From Leucoraja ocellata (Eukaryota), in contig JAWMAR010001184.1 in assembly GCA_036785375.1 (NCBI GenBank), positions 248,001 to 312,000 on the forward strand: a DNA stretch of 64,000 bases, given 5' to 3'. Shown here piece by piece: positions 15,401 to 30,400 of the stretch. The notes beneath the pieces were generated by a model. That model was given only the letters and a program-made list of their open reading frames with translations. It had not been told where the DNA came from and ran no database searches. The translations under genes were made by a program, and so were the position numbers. Every line of letters starts with the position of its first letter. The stretch's first letter is position 1.

Positions 15401-18400
15401 ACAACAACACAACTATCATCGCCAACTCAGTCCTCAGCAGAGACCTATCCAACAACACAAACATCCACAAACAAACCTTCATCAGAAACACATCCAACAA
15501 CAGTGGAGTCGTCAAGCACACAGCATTCAACGCAAGCACATCAAAGCTCAACAGAAGTTTCATCGGTCACTGTGTCGCCAGTTGAATCCCACTCCACAAC
15601 CTCATCATTTTCATTGGTTCCTGAATCCCCGTCAGAAACACGTTCAACATCTGCACAAGCATCAGTGACAACTGAAACTTCATCGGAATCCCATCCAAAT
15701 ACAGAGGCATCTCGAATCACAATGTCCCCTTCAGAAAGACAGCCAACAGCACATGAATCATCAAGTACAGAGCAGTCAACACAAACTCATGGAACAACAT
15801 CAGAAATTCCCTCAGAAAGTGCGTCCTCATCAAAAACCCTCGCAACAGCAACAACGTCACCTTTGGTCACTGGGAGCTCAGCGGTAACTTATTCTCAATC
15901 ATCGCAAATCACATCCTCCAACAAATCTGCAACAGTATCACATCCAACTACAGAAGAATCATCAATCACTGTCTCCTCACCTGAAACACGTCAGACAAAT
16001 ACACAGGAACCTTTTACATCGGCATATCCAAAGACAACACAAGCTTCAACAGAAACTATTTTGACAACAGATACACATTTAACAACACCAATCTCAAAGG
16101 AAACGGAGCCTCCATCAGTAACCTACCCACGCACAACAGAAGGCTTATCCACAACAGAATTTTCCTTACCAACACCGAATGGTAGACAGGCATCAGCAAC
16201 CACATTGTCCACAGCTGAAACACGGTCAGAAACGCAGGAATCAATAAGAACGGAGCATTCAACACAAACCAATGCAAGCACGACACAGAATTCTTCAGAA
16301 AGTGTGTCCGTTTCAGAACCACATTTCACAACGCAATTTTCAGTCACAACACATTCCTCATCGGAATCATATTCCACATCAGTGAAAGCTTCCTCAACAA
16401 CAGAACCTTCATCAGAATCACACCCTACAATAGCAGCATCCACGATGGCCACATCCTCTCTGGAAACAACTCCAAAAACCCAGCAATCTTCAAGAACTGA
16501 ACTATCATCACAATCCAATCCAAGCACAACCAATGTTTCATCAGTCACTGAGTCCTCTTCAGAAACACATTTAACAACATCAAGTTTATCACAGGCAACT
16601 GAGTCCTCAACAGAAACATACTCCAGTTCGACATCGGTTTCATCAAAAACTGAATCACCCTCAGAAAGCCATCAGACCACAGAGTTGCCTTCAAGCTCCT
16701 TGTCCTCATCAAAAACACATCCAACAACATTACAGGAATCATCATCAACAGAGCTTCCAACAACAGCATATCCAACATTGACATCTGCTTCATCTGTTAG
16801 TGTGTCCCCATCTGAAACCCACCTAACAACAACACAACTATCATCGCCAACTCAGTCCTCAGCAGAGACCTATCCAACAACACAAACATCCACAAACAAA
16901 CCTTCATCAGAAACACATCCAACAACAGTGGAGTCGTCAAGCACACAGCATTCAACGCAAGCACATCAAAGCTCAACAGAAGTTTCATCGGTCACTGTGT
17001 CGCCAGTTGAATCCCACTCCACAACCTCATCATTTTCATTGGTTCCTGAATCCCCGTCAGAAACACGTTCAACATCTGCACAAGCATCAGTGACAACTGA
17101 AACTTCATCGGAATCCCATCCAAATACAGAGGCATCTCGAATCACAATGTCCCCTTCAGAAAGACAGCCAACAGCACATGAATCATCAAGTACAGAGCAG
17201 TCAACACAAACTCATGGAACAACATCAGAAATTCCCTCAGAAAGTGCGTCCTCATCAAAAACCCTCGCAACAGCAACAACGTCACCTTTGGTCACTGGGA
17301 GCTCAGCGGTAACTTATTCTCAATCATCGCAAATCACATCCTCCAACAAATCTGCAACAGTATCACATCCAACTACAGAAGAATCATCAATCACTGTCTC
17401 CTCACCTGAAACACGTCAGACAAATACACAGGAACCTTTTACATCGGCATATCCAAAGACAACACAAGCTTCAACAGAAACTATTTTGACAACAGAAACA
17501 CATTTAACAACACCAATCTCAAAGGAAACGGAGCCTCCATCAGTAACCTACCCACGCACAACAGAAGGCTTATCCACAACAGAATTTTCCTTACCAACAC
17601 CGAATGGTAGACAGGCATCAGCAACCACATTGTCCACAGCTGAAACACGGTCAGAAACGCAGGAATCAATAAGAACGGAGCATTCAACACAAACCAATGC
17701 AAACACGACACAGAATTCTTCAGAAAGTGTGTCCGTTTCAGAACCACATTTCACAACGCAATTTTCAGTCACAACACATTCCTCATCGGAATCATATTCC
17801 ACATCAGTGAAAGCTTCCTCAACAACAGAACCTTCATCAGAATCACACCCTACAACAGCAGCATCCACGATGGCCACATCCTCTCTGGAAACAACTCCAA
17901 AAACCCAGCAATCTTCAAGAACTGAACTATCATCACAATCCAATCCAAGCACAACCAATGTTTCATCAGTCACTGAGTCCTCTTCAGAAACACATTTAAC
18001 AACATCAAGTTTATCACAGGCAACTGAGTCCTCAACAGAAACATACTCCAGTTCGACATCGGTTTCATCAAAAACTGAATCACCCTCAGAAAGCCATCAG
18101 ACCACAGAGTTGCCTTCAAGCTCCTTGTCCTCATCAAAAACACATCCAACAACATTACAGGAATCATCATCAACAGAGCTTCCAACAACAGCATATCCAA
18201 CATTGACATCTGCTTCATCTGTTAGTGTGTCCCCATCTGAAACCCACCTAACAACAACACAACTATCATCGCCAACTCAGTCCTCAGCAGAGACCTATCC
18301 AACAACACAAACATCCACAAACAAACCTTCATCAGAAACACATCCAACAACAGTGGAGTCGTCAAGCACACAGCATTCAACGCAAGCACATCAAAGCTCA

Positions 18401-21400
18401 ACAGAAGTTTCATCGGTCACTGTGTCGCCAGTTGAATCCCACTCCACAACCTCATCATTTTCATTGGTTCCTGAATCCCCGTCAGAAACACGTTCAACAT
18501 CTGCACAAGCATCAGTGACAACTGAAACTTCATCGGAATCCCATCCAAATACAGAGGCATCTCGAATCACAATGTCCCCTTCAGAAAGACAGCCAACAGC
18601 ACATGAATCATCAAGTACAGAGCAGTCAACACAAACTCATGGAACAACATCAGAAATTCCCTCAGAAAGTGCGTCCTCATCAAAAACCCTCGCAACAGCA
18701 ACAACGTCACCTTTGGTCACTGGGAGCTCAGCGGTAACTTATTCTCAATCATCGCAAATCACATCCTCCAACAAATCTGCAACAGTATCACATCCAACTA
18801 CAGAAGAATCATCAATCACTGTCTCCTCACCTGAAACACGTCAGACAAATACACAGGAACCTTTTACATCGGCATATCCAAAGACAACACAAGCTTCAAC
18901 AGAAACTATTTTGACAACAGAAACACATTTAACAACACCAATCTCAAAGGAAACGGAGCCTCCATCAGTAACCTACCCACGCACAACAGAAGGCTTATCC
19001 ACAACAGAATTTTCCTTACCAACACCGAATGGTAGACAGGCATCAGCAACCACATTGTCCACAGCTGAAACACGGTCAGAAACGCAGGAATCAATAAGAA
19101 CGGAGCATTCAACACAAACCAATGCAAGCACGACACAGAATTCTTCAGAAAGTGTGTCCGTTTCAGAACCACATTTCACAACGCAATTTTCAGTCACAAC
19201 ACATTCCTCATCGGAATCATATTCCACATCAGTGAAAGCTTCCTCAACAACAGAACCTTCATCAGAATCACACCCTACAATAGCAGCATCCACGATGGCC
19301 ACATCCTCTCTGGAAACAACTCCAAAAACCCAGCAATCTTCAAGAACTGAACTATCATCACAATCCAATCCAAGCACAACCAATGTTTCATCAGTCACTG
19401 AGTCCTCTTCAGAAACACATTTAACAACATCTAGTTTATCACAGGCAACTGAGTCCTCAACAGAAACATACTCCAGTTCGACATCGGTTTCATCAAAAAC
19501 TGAATCACCCTCAGAAAGCCATCAGACCACAGAGTTGCCTTCAAGCTCCTTGTCCTCATCAAAAACACATCCAACAACATTACAGGAATCATCATCAACA
19601 GAGCTTCCAACAACAGCATATCCAACATTGACATCTGCTTCATCTGTTAGTGTGTCCCCATCTGAAACCCACCTAACAACAACACAACTATCATCGCCAA
19701 CTCAGTCCTCAGCAGAGACCTATCCAACAACACAAACATCCACAAACAAACCTTCATCAGAAACACATCCAACAACAGTGGAGTCGTCAAGCACACAGCA
19801 TTCAACGCAAGCACATCAAAGCTCAACAGAAGTTTCATCGGTCACTGTGTCGCCAGTTGAATCCCACTCCACAACCTCATCATTTTCATTGGTTCCTGAA
19901 TCCCCGTCAGAAACACGTTCAACATCTGCACAAGCATCAGTGACAACTGAAACTTCATCGGAATCCCATCCAAATACAGAGGCATCTCGAATCACAATGT
20001 CCCCTTCAGAAAGACAGCCAACAGCACATGAATCATCAAGTACAGAGCAGTCAACACAAACTCATGGAACAACATCAGAAATTCCCTCAGAAAGTGCGTC
20101 CTCATCAAAAACCCTCGCAACAGCAACAACGTCACCTTTGGTCACTGGGAGCTCAGCGGTAACTTATTCTCAATCATCGCAAATCACATCCTCCAACAAA
20201 TCTGCAACAGTATCACATCCAACTACAGAAGAATCATCAATCACTGTCTCCTCACCTGAAACACGTCAGACAAATACACAGGAACCTTTTACATCGGCAT
20301 ATCCAAAGACAACACAAGCTTCAACAGAAACTATTTTGACAACAGAAACACATTTAACAACACCAATCTCAAAGGAAACGGAGCCTCCATCAGTAACCTA
20401 CCCACGCACAACAGAAGGCTTATCCACAACAGAATTTTCCTTACCAACACCGAATGGTAGACAGGCATCAGCAACCACATTGTCCACAGCTGAAACACGG
20501 TCAGAAACGCAGGAATCAATAAGAACGGAGCATTCAACACAAACCAATGCAAGCACGACACAGAATTCTTCAGAAAGTGTGTCCGTTTCAGAACCACATT
20601 TCACAACGCAATTTTCAGTCACAACACATTCCTCATCGGAATCATATTCCATATCAGTGAAAGCTTCCTCAACAACAGAACCTTCATCAGAATCACACCC
20701 TACAATAGCAGCATCCACGATGGCCACATCCTCTCTGGAAACAACTCCAAAAACCCAGCAATCTTCAAGAACTGAACTATCATCACAATCCAATCCAAGC
20801 ACAACCAATGTTTCATCAGTCACTGAGTCCTCTTCAGAAACACATTTAACAACATCAAGTTTATCACAGGCAACTGAGTCCTCAACAGAAACATACTCCA
20901 GTTCGACATCGGTTTCATCAAAAACTGAATCACCCTCAGAGAGCCATCAGACCACAGAAGTGCCTTCAAGCTCCTTGTCCTCATCAAAAACACATCCAAC
21001 AACATTACAGGAATCATCATCAACAGAGCTTCCAACAACAGCATATCCAACATTGACATCTGCTTCATCTGTTAGTGTGTCCCCATCTGAAACCCACCTA
21101 ACAACAACACAACTATCATCGCCAACTCAGTCCTCAGCAGAGACCTATCCAACAACACAAACATCCACAAACAAACCTTCATCAGAAACACATCCAACAA
21201 CAGTGAAGTCGTCAAGCACACAGCATTCAACGCAAGCACATCAAAGCTCAACAGAAGTTTCATCGGTCACTGTGTCGCCAGTTGAATCCCACTCCACAAC
21301 CTCATCATTTTCATTGGTTCCTGAATCCCCATCAGAAACACGTTCAACATCTGCACAAGCATCAGTGACAACTGAAACTTCATCGGAATCCCATCCAAAT

Positions 21401-24400
21401 ACAGAGGCATCTCGAATCACAATGTCCCCTTCAGAAAGACAGCCAACAGCACATGAATCATCAAGTACAGAGCAGTCAACACAAACTCATGGAACAACAT
21501 CAGAAATTCCCTCAGAAAGTGCGTCCTCATCAAAAACCCTCGCAACAGCAACAACGTCACCTTTGGTCACTGGGAGCTCAGCGGTAACTTATTCTCAATC
21601 ATCGCAAATCACATCCTCCAACAAATCTGCAACAGTATCACATCCAACTACAGAAGAATCATCAATCACTGTCTCCTCACCTGAAACACGTCAGACAAAT
21701 ACACAGGAACCTTTTACATCGGCATATCCAAAGACAACACAAGCTTCAACAGAAACTATTTTGACAACAGAAACACATTTAACAACACCAATCTCAAAGG
21801 AAACGGAGCCTCCATCAGTAACCTACCCACGCACAACAGAAGGCTTATCCACAACAGAATTTTCCTTACCAACACCGAATGGTAGACAGGCATCAGCAAC
21901 CACATTGTCCACAGCTGAAACACGGTCAGAAACGCAGGAATCAATAAGAACGGAGCATTCAACACAAACCAATGCAAGCACTACACAGAATTCTTCAGAA
22001 AGTGTGTCCGTTTCAGAACCACATTTCACAACGCAATTTTCAGTCACAACACATTCCTCATCGGAATCATATTCCACATCAGTGAAAGCTTCCTCAACAA
22101 CAGAACCTTCATCAGAATCACACCCTACAATAGCAGCATCCACGATGGCCACATCCTCTCTGGAAACAACTCCAAAAACCCAGCAATCTTCAAGAACTGA
22201 ACTATCATCACAATCCAATCCAAGCACAACCAATGTTTCATCAGTCACTGAGTCCTCTTCAGAAACACATTTAACAACATCAAGTTTATCACAGGCAACT
22301 GAGTCCTCAACAGAAACATACTCCAGTTCGACATCGGTTTCATCAAAAACTGAATCACCCTCAGAGAGCCATCAGACCACAGAAGTGCCTTCAAGCTCCT
22401 TGTCCTCATCAAAAACACATCCAACAACATTACAGGAATCATCATCAACAGAGCTTCCAACAACAGCATATCCAACATTGACATCTGCTTCATCTGTTAG
22501 TGTGTCCCCATCTGAAACCCACCTAACAACAACACAACTATCATCGCCAACTCAGTCCTCAGCAGAGACCTATCCAACAACACAAACATCCACAAACAAA
22601 CCTTCATCAGAAACACATCCAACAACAGTGAAGTCGTCAAGCACACAGCATTCAACGCAAGCACATCAAAGCTCAACAGAAGTTTCATCGGTCACTGTGT
22701 CGCCAGTTGAATCCCACTCCACAACCTCATCATTTTCATTGGTTCCTGAATCCCCATCAGAAACACGTTCAACATCTGCACAAGCATCAGTGACAACTGA
22801 AACTTCATCGGAATCCCATCCAAATACAGAGGCATCTCGAATCACAATGTCCCCTTCAGAAAGACAGCCAACAGCACATGAATCATCAAGTACAGAGCAG
22901 TCAACACAAACTCATGGAACAACATCAGAAATTCCCTCAGAAAGTGCGTCCTCATCAAAAACCCTCGCAACAGCAACAACGTCACCTTTGGTCACTGGGA
23001 GCTCAGCGGTAACTTATTCTCAATCATCGCAAATCACATCCTCCAACAAATCTGCAACAGTATCACATCCAACTACAGAAGAATCATCAATCACTGTCTC
23101 CTCACCTGAAACACGTCAGACAAATACACAGGAACCTTTTACATCGGCATATCCAAAGACAACACAAGCTTCAACAGAAACTATTTTGACAACAGAAACA
23201 CATTTAACAACACCAATCTCAAAGGAAACGGAGCCTCCATCAGTAACCTACCCACGCACAACAGAAGGCTTATCCACAACAGAATTTTCCTTACCAACAC
23301 CGAATGGTAGACAGGCATCAGCAACCACATTGTCCACAGCTGAAACACGGTCAGAAACGCAGGAATCAATAAGAACGGAGCATTCAACACAAACCAATGC
23401 AAGCACTACACAGAATTCTTCAGAAAGTGTGTCCGTTTCAGAACCACATTTCACAACGCAATTTTCAGTCACAACACATTCCTCATCGGAATCATATTCC
23501 ACATCAGTGAAAGCTTCCTCAACAACAGAACCTTCATCAGAATCACACCCTACAATAGCAGCATCCACGATGGCCACATCCTCTCTGGAAACAACTCCAA
23601 AAACCCAGCAATCTTCAAGAACTGAACTATCATCACAATCCAATCCAAGCACAACCAATGTTTCATCAGTCACTGAGTCCTCTTCAGAAACACATTTAAC
23701 AACATCAAGTTTATCACAGGCAACTGAGTCCTCAACAGAAACATACTCCAGTTCGACATCGGTTTCATCAAAAACTGAATCACCCTCAGAGAGCCATCAG
23801 ACCACAGAAGTGCCTTCAAGCTCCTTGTCCTCATCAAAAACACATCCAACAACATTACAGGAATCATCATCAACAGAGCTTCCAACAACAGCATATCCAA
23901 CATTGACATCTGCTTCATCTGTTAGTGTGTCCCCATCTGAAACCCACCTAACAACAACACAACTATCATCGCCAACTCAGTCCTCAGCAGAGACCTATCC
24001 AACAACACAAACATCCACAAACAAACCTTCATCAGAAACACATCCAACAACAGTGAAGTCGTCAAGCACACAGCATTCAACGCAAGCACATCAAAGCTCA
24101 ACAGAAGTTTCATCGGTCACTGTGTCGCCAGTTGAATCCCACTCCACAACCTCATCATTTTCATTGGTTCCTGAATCCCCATCAGAAACACGTTCAACAT
24201 CTGCACAAGCATCAGTGACAACTGAAACTTCATCGGAATCCCATCCAAATACAGAGGCATCTCGAATCACAATGTCCCCTTCAGAAAGACAGCCAACAGC
24301 ACATGAATCATCAAGTACAGAGCAGTCAACACAAACTCATGGAACAACATCAGAAATTCCCTCAGAAAGTGCGTCCTCATCAAAAACCCTCGCAACAGCA

Positions 24401-27400
24401 ACAACGTCACCTTTGGTCACTGGGAGCTCAGCGGTAACTTATTCTCAATCATCGCAAATCACATCCTCCAACAAATCTGCAACAGTATCACATCCAACTA
24501 CAGAAGAATCATCAATCACTGTCTCCTCACCTGAAACACGTCAGACAAATACACAGGAACCTTTTACATCGGCATATCCAAAGACAACACAAGCTTCAAC
24601 AGAAACTATTTTGACAACAGAAACACATTTAACAACACCAATCTCAAAGGAAACGGAGCCTCCATCAGTAACCTACCCACGCACAACAGAAGGCTTATCC
24701 ACAACAGAATTTTCCTTACCAACACCGAATGGTAGACAGGCATCAGCAACCACATTGTCCACAGCTGAAACACGGTCAGAAACGCAGGAATCAATAAGAA
24801 CGGAGCATTCAACACAAACCAATGCAAGCACTACACAGAATTCTTCAGAAAGTGTGTCCGTTTCAGAACCACATTCCACAACGCAATTTTCAGTCACAAC
24901 ACATTCCTCATCGGAATCATATTCCACATCAGTGAAAGCTTCCTCAACAACAGAACCTTCATCAGAATCACACCCTACAATAGCAGCATCCACAATGGCC
25001 ACATCCTCTCTGGAAACAACTCCAAAAACCCAGCAATCTTCAAGAACTGAACTATCATCACAATCCAATCCAAGCACAACCAATGTTTCATCAGTCACTG
25101 AGTCCTCTTCAGAAACACATTTAACAACATCAAGTTTATCACAGGCAACTGAGTCCTCAACAGAAACATACTCCAGTTCGACATCGGTTTCATCAAAAAC
25201 TGAATCACCCTCAGAGAGCCATCAGACCACAGAAGTGCCTTCAAGCTCCTTGTCCTCATCAAAAACACATCCAACAACATTACAGGAATCATCATCAACA
25301 GAGCTTCCAACAACAGCATATCCAACATTGACATCTGCTTCATCTGTTAGTGTGTCCCCATCTGAAACCCACCTAACAACAACACAACTATCATCGCCAA
25401 CTCAGTCCTCAGCAGAGACCTATCCAACAACACAAACATCCACAAACAAACCTTCATCAGAAACACATCCAACAACAGTGAAGTCGTCAAGCACACAGCA
25501 TTCAACGCAAGCACATCAAAGCTCAACAGAAGTTTCATCGGTCACTGTGTCGCCAGTTGAATCCCACTCCACAACCTCATCATTTTCATTGGTTCCTGAA
25601 TCCCCATCAGAAACACGTTCAACATCTGCACAAGCATCAGTGACAACTGAAACTTCATCGGAATCCCATCCAAATACAGAGGCATCTCGAATCACAATGT
25701 CCCCTTCAGAAAGACAGCCAACAGCACATGAATCATCAAGTACAGAGCAGTCAACACAAACTCATGGAACAACATCAGAAATTCCCTCAGAAAGTGCGTC
25801 CTCATCAAAAACCCTCGCAACAGCAACAACGTCACCTTTGGTCACTGGGAGCTCAGCGGTAACTTATTCTCAATCATCGCAAATCACATCCTCCAACAAA
25901 TCTGCAACAGTATCACATCCAACTACAGAAGAATCATCAATCACTGTCTCCTCACCTGAAACACGTCAGACAAATACACAGGAACCTTTTACATCGGCAT
26001 ATCCAAAGACAACACAAGCTTCAACAGAAACTATTTTGACAACAGAAACACATTTAACAACACCAATCTCAAAGGAAACGGAGCCTCCATCAGTAACCTA
26101 CCCACGCACAACAGAAGGCTTATCCACAACAGAATTTTCCTTACCAACACCGAATGGTAGACAGGCATCAGCAACCACATTGTCCACAGCTGAAACACGG
26201 TCAGAAACGCAGGAATCAATAAGAACGGAGCATTCAACACAAACCAATGCAAGCACTACACAGAATTCTTCAGAAAGTGTGTCCGTTTCAGAACCACATT
26301 CCACAACGCAATTTTCAGTCACAACACATTCCTCATCGGAATCATATTCCACATCAGTGAAAGCTTCCTCAACAACAGAACCTTCATCAGAATCACACCC
26401 TACAATAGCAGCATCCACGATGGCCACATCCTCTCTGGAAACAACTCCAAAAACCCAGCAATCTTCAAGAACTGAACTATCATCACAATCCAATCCAAGC
26501 ACAACCAATGTTTCATCAGTCACTGAGTCCTCTTCAGAAACACATTTAACAACATCAAGTTTATCACAGGCAACTGAGTCCTCAACAGAAACATACTCCA
26601 GTTCGACATCGGTTTCATCAAAAACTGAATCACCCTCAGAGAGCCATCAGACCACAGAAGTGCCTTCAAGCTCCTTGTCCTCATCAAAAACACATCCAAC
26701 AACATTACAGGAATCATCATCAACAGAGCTTCCAACAACAGCATATCCAACATTGACATCTGCTTCATCTGTTAGTGTGTCCCCATCTGAAACCCACCTA
26801 ACAACAACACAACTATCATCGCCAACTCAGTCCTCAGCAGAGACCTATCCAACAACACAAACATCCACAAACAAACCTTCATCAGAAACACATCCAACAA
26901 CAGTGGAGTCGTCAAGCACACAGCATTCAACGCAAGCACATCAAAGCTCAACAGAAGTTTCATCGGTCACTGTGTCGCCAGTTGAATCCCACTCCACAAC
27001 CTCATCATTTTCATTGGTTCCTGAATCCCCGTCAGAAACACGTTCAACATCTGCACAAGCATCAGTGACAACTGAAACTTCATCGGAATCCCATCCAAAT
27101 ACAGAGGCATCTCGAATCACAATGTCCCCTTCAGAAAGACAGCCAACAGCACATGAATCATCAAGTACAGAGCAGTCAACACAAACTCATGGAACAACAT
27201 CAGAAATTCCCTCAGAAAGTGCGTCCTCATCAAAAACCCTCGCAACAGCAACAACGTCACCTTTGGTCACTGGGAGCTCAGCGGTAACTTATTCTCAATC
27301 ATCGCAAATCACATCCTCCAACAAATCTGCAACAGTATCACATCCAACTACAGAAGAATCATCAATCACTGTCTCCTCACCTGAAACACGTCAGACAAAT

Positions 27401-30400
27401 ACACAGGAACCTTTTACATCGGCATATCCAAAGACAACACAAGCTTCAACAGAAACTATTTTGACAACAGAAACACATTTAACAACACCAATCTCAAAGG
27501 AAACGGAGCCTCCATCAGTAACCTACCCACGCACAACAGAAGGCTTATCCACAACAGAATTTTCCTTACCAACACCGAATGGTAGACAGGCATCAGCACC
27601 CACATTGTCCACAGCTGAAACACGGTCAGAAACGCAGGAATCAATAAGAACGGAGCATTCAACACAAACCAATGCAAGCACGACACAGAATTCTTCAGAA
27701 AGTGTGTCCGTTTCAGAACCACATTTCACAACGCAATTTTCAGTCACAACACATTCCTCATCGGAATCATATTCCACATCAGTGAAAGCTTCCTCAACAA
27801 CAGAACCTTCATCAGAATCACACCCTACAATAGCAGCATCCACAATGGCCACATCCTCTCTGGAAACAACTCCAAAAACCCAGCAATCTTCAAGAACTGA
27901 ACTATCATCACAATCCAATCCAAGCACAACCAATGTTTCATCAGTCACTGAGTCCTCTTCAGAAACACATTTAACAACATCAAGTTTATCACAGGCAACT
28001 GAGTCCTCAACAGAAACATACTCCAGTTCGACATCGGTTTCATCAAAAACTGAATCACCCTCAGAGAGCCATCAGACCACAGAAGTGCCTTCAAGCTCCT
28101 TGTCCTCATCAAAAACACATCCAACAACATTACAGGAATCATCATCAACAGAGCTTCCAACAACAGCATATCCAACATTGACATCTGCTTCATCTGTTAG
28201 TGTGTCCCCATCTGAAACCCACCTAACAACAACACAACTATCATCGCCAACTCAGTCCTCAGCAGAGACCTATCCAACAACACAAACATCCACAAACAAA
28301 CCTTCATCAGAAACACATCCAACAACAGTGGAGTCGTCAAGCACACAGCATTCAACGCAAGCACATCAAAGCTCAACAGAAGTTTCATCAGTCACTGTGT
28401 CGCCAGTTGAATCCCACTCCACAAGCTCATCATTTTCATTGGTTCCTGAATCCCCGTCAGAAACACGTTCAACATCTGCACAAGCATCAGTGACAACTGA
28501 AACTTCATCGGAATCCCATCCAAATACAGAGGCATCTCGAATCACAATGTCCCCTTCAGAAAGACAGCCAACAGCACATGAATCATCAAGTACAGAGCAG
28601 TCAACACAAACTCATGGAACAACATCAGAAATTCCCTCAGAAAGTGCGTCCTCATCAAAAACCCTCGCAACAGCAACAACGTCACCTTTGGTCACTGGGA
28701 GCTCAGCGGTAACTTATTCTCAATCATCGCAAATCACATCCTCCAACAAATCTGCAACAGTATCACATCCAACTACAGAAGAATCATCAATCACTGTCTC
28801 CTCACCTGAAACACGTCAGACAAATACACAGGAACCTTTTACATCGGCATATCCAAAGACAACACAAGCTTCAACAGAAACTATTTTGACAACAGAAACA
28901 CATTTAACAACACCAATCTCAAAGGAAACGGAGCCTCCATCAGTAACCTACCCACGCACAACAGAAGGCTTATCCACAACAGAATTTTCCTTACCAACAC
29001 CGAATGGTAGACAGGCATCAGCAACCACATTGTCCACAGCTGAAACACGGTCAGAAACGCAGGAATCAATAAGAACGGAGCATTCAACACAAACCAATGC
29101 AAGCACGACACAGAATTCTTCAGAAAGTGTGTCCGTTTCAGAACCACATATCACAACGCAATTTTCAGTCACAACACATTCCTCATCGGAATCATATTCC
29201 ACATCAGTGAAAGCTTCCTCAATAACAGAACCTTCATCAGAATCACACCCTACAATAGCAGCATCCACGATGGCCACATCCTCTCTGGAAACAACTCCAA
29301 AAACCCAGCAATCTTCAAGAACTGAACTATCATCACAATCCAATCCAAGCACAACCAATGTTTCATCAGTCACTGAGTCCTCTTCAAAAACACATTTAAC
29401 AACATCAAGTTTATCACAGGCAACTGAGTCCTCAACAGAAACATACTCCAGTTCGACATCGGTTTCATCAAAAACTGAATCACCCTCAGAAAGCCATCAG
29501 ACCACAGAGTTGCCTTCAAGCTCCTTGTCCTCATCAAAAACACATCCAACAACATTACAGGAATCATCATCAACAGAGCTTCCAACAACAGCATATCCAA
29601 CATTGACATCTGCTTCATCTGTTAGTGTGTCCCCATCTGAAACCCACCTAACAACAACACAACTATCATCGCCAACTCAGTCCTCAGCAGAGACCTATCC
29701 AACAACACAAACATCCACAAACAAACCTTCATCAGAAACACATCCAACAACAGTGGAGTCGTCAAGCACACAGCATTCAACGCAAGCACATCAAAGCTCA
29801 ACAGAAGTTTCATCGGTCACTGTGTCGCCAGTTGAATCCCACTCCACAACCTCATCATTTTCATTGGTTCCTGAATCCCCGTCAGAAACACGTTCAACAT
29901 CTGCACAAGCATCAGTGACAACTGAAACTTCATCGGAATCCCATCCAAATACAGAGGCATCTCGAATCACAATGTCCCCTTCAGAAAGACAGCCAACAGC
30001 ACATGAATCATCAAGTACAGAGCAGTCAACACAAACTCATGGAACAACATCAGAAATTCCCTCAGAAAGTGCGTCCTCATCAAAAACCCTCGCAACAGCA
30101 ACAACGTCACCTTTGGTCACTGGGAGCTCAGCGGTAACTTATTCTCAATCATCGCAAATCACATCCTCCAACAAATCTGCAACAGTATCACATCCAACTA
30201 CAGAAGAATCATCAATCACTGTCTCCTCACCTGAAACACGTCAGACAAATACACAGGAACCTTTTACATCGGCATATCCAAAGACAACACAAGCTTCAAC
30301 AGAAACTATTTTGACAACAGAAACACATTTAACAACACCAATCTCAAAGGAAACGGAGCCTCCATCAGTAACCTACCCACGCACAACAGAAGGCTTATCC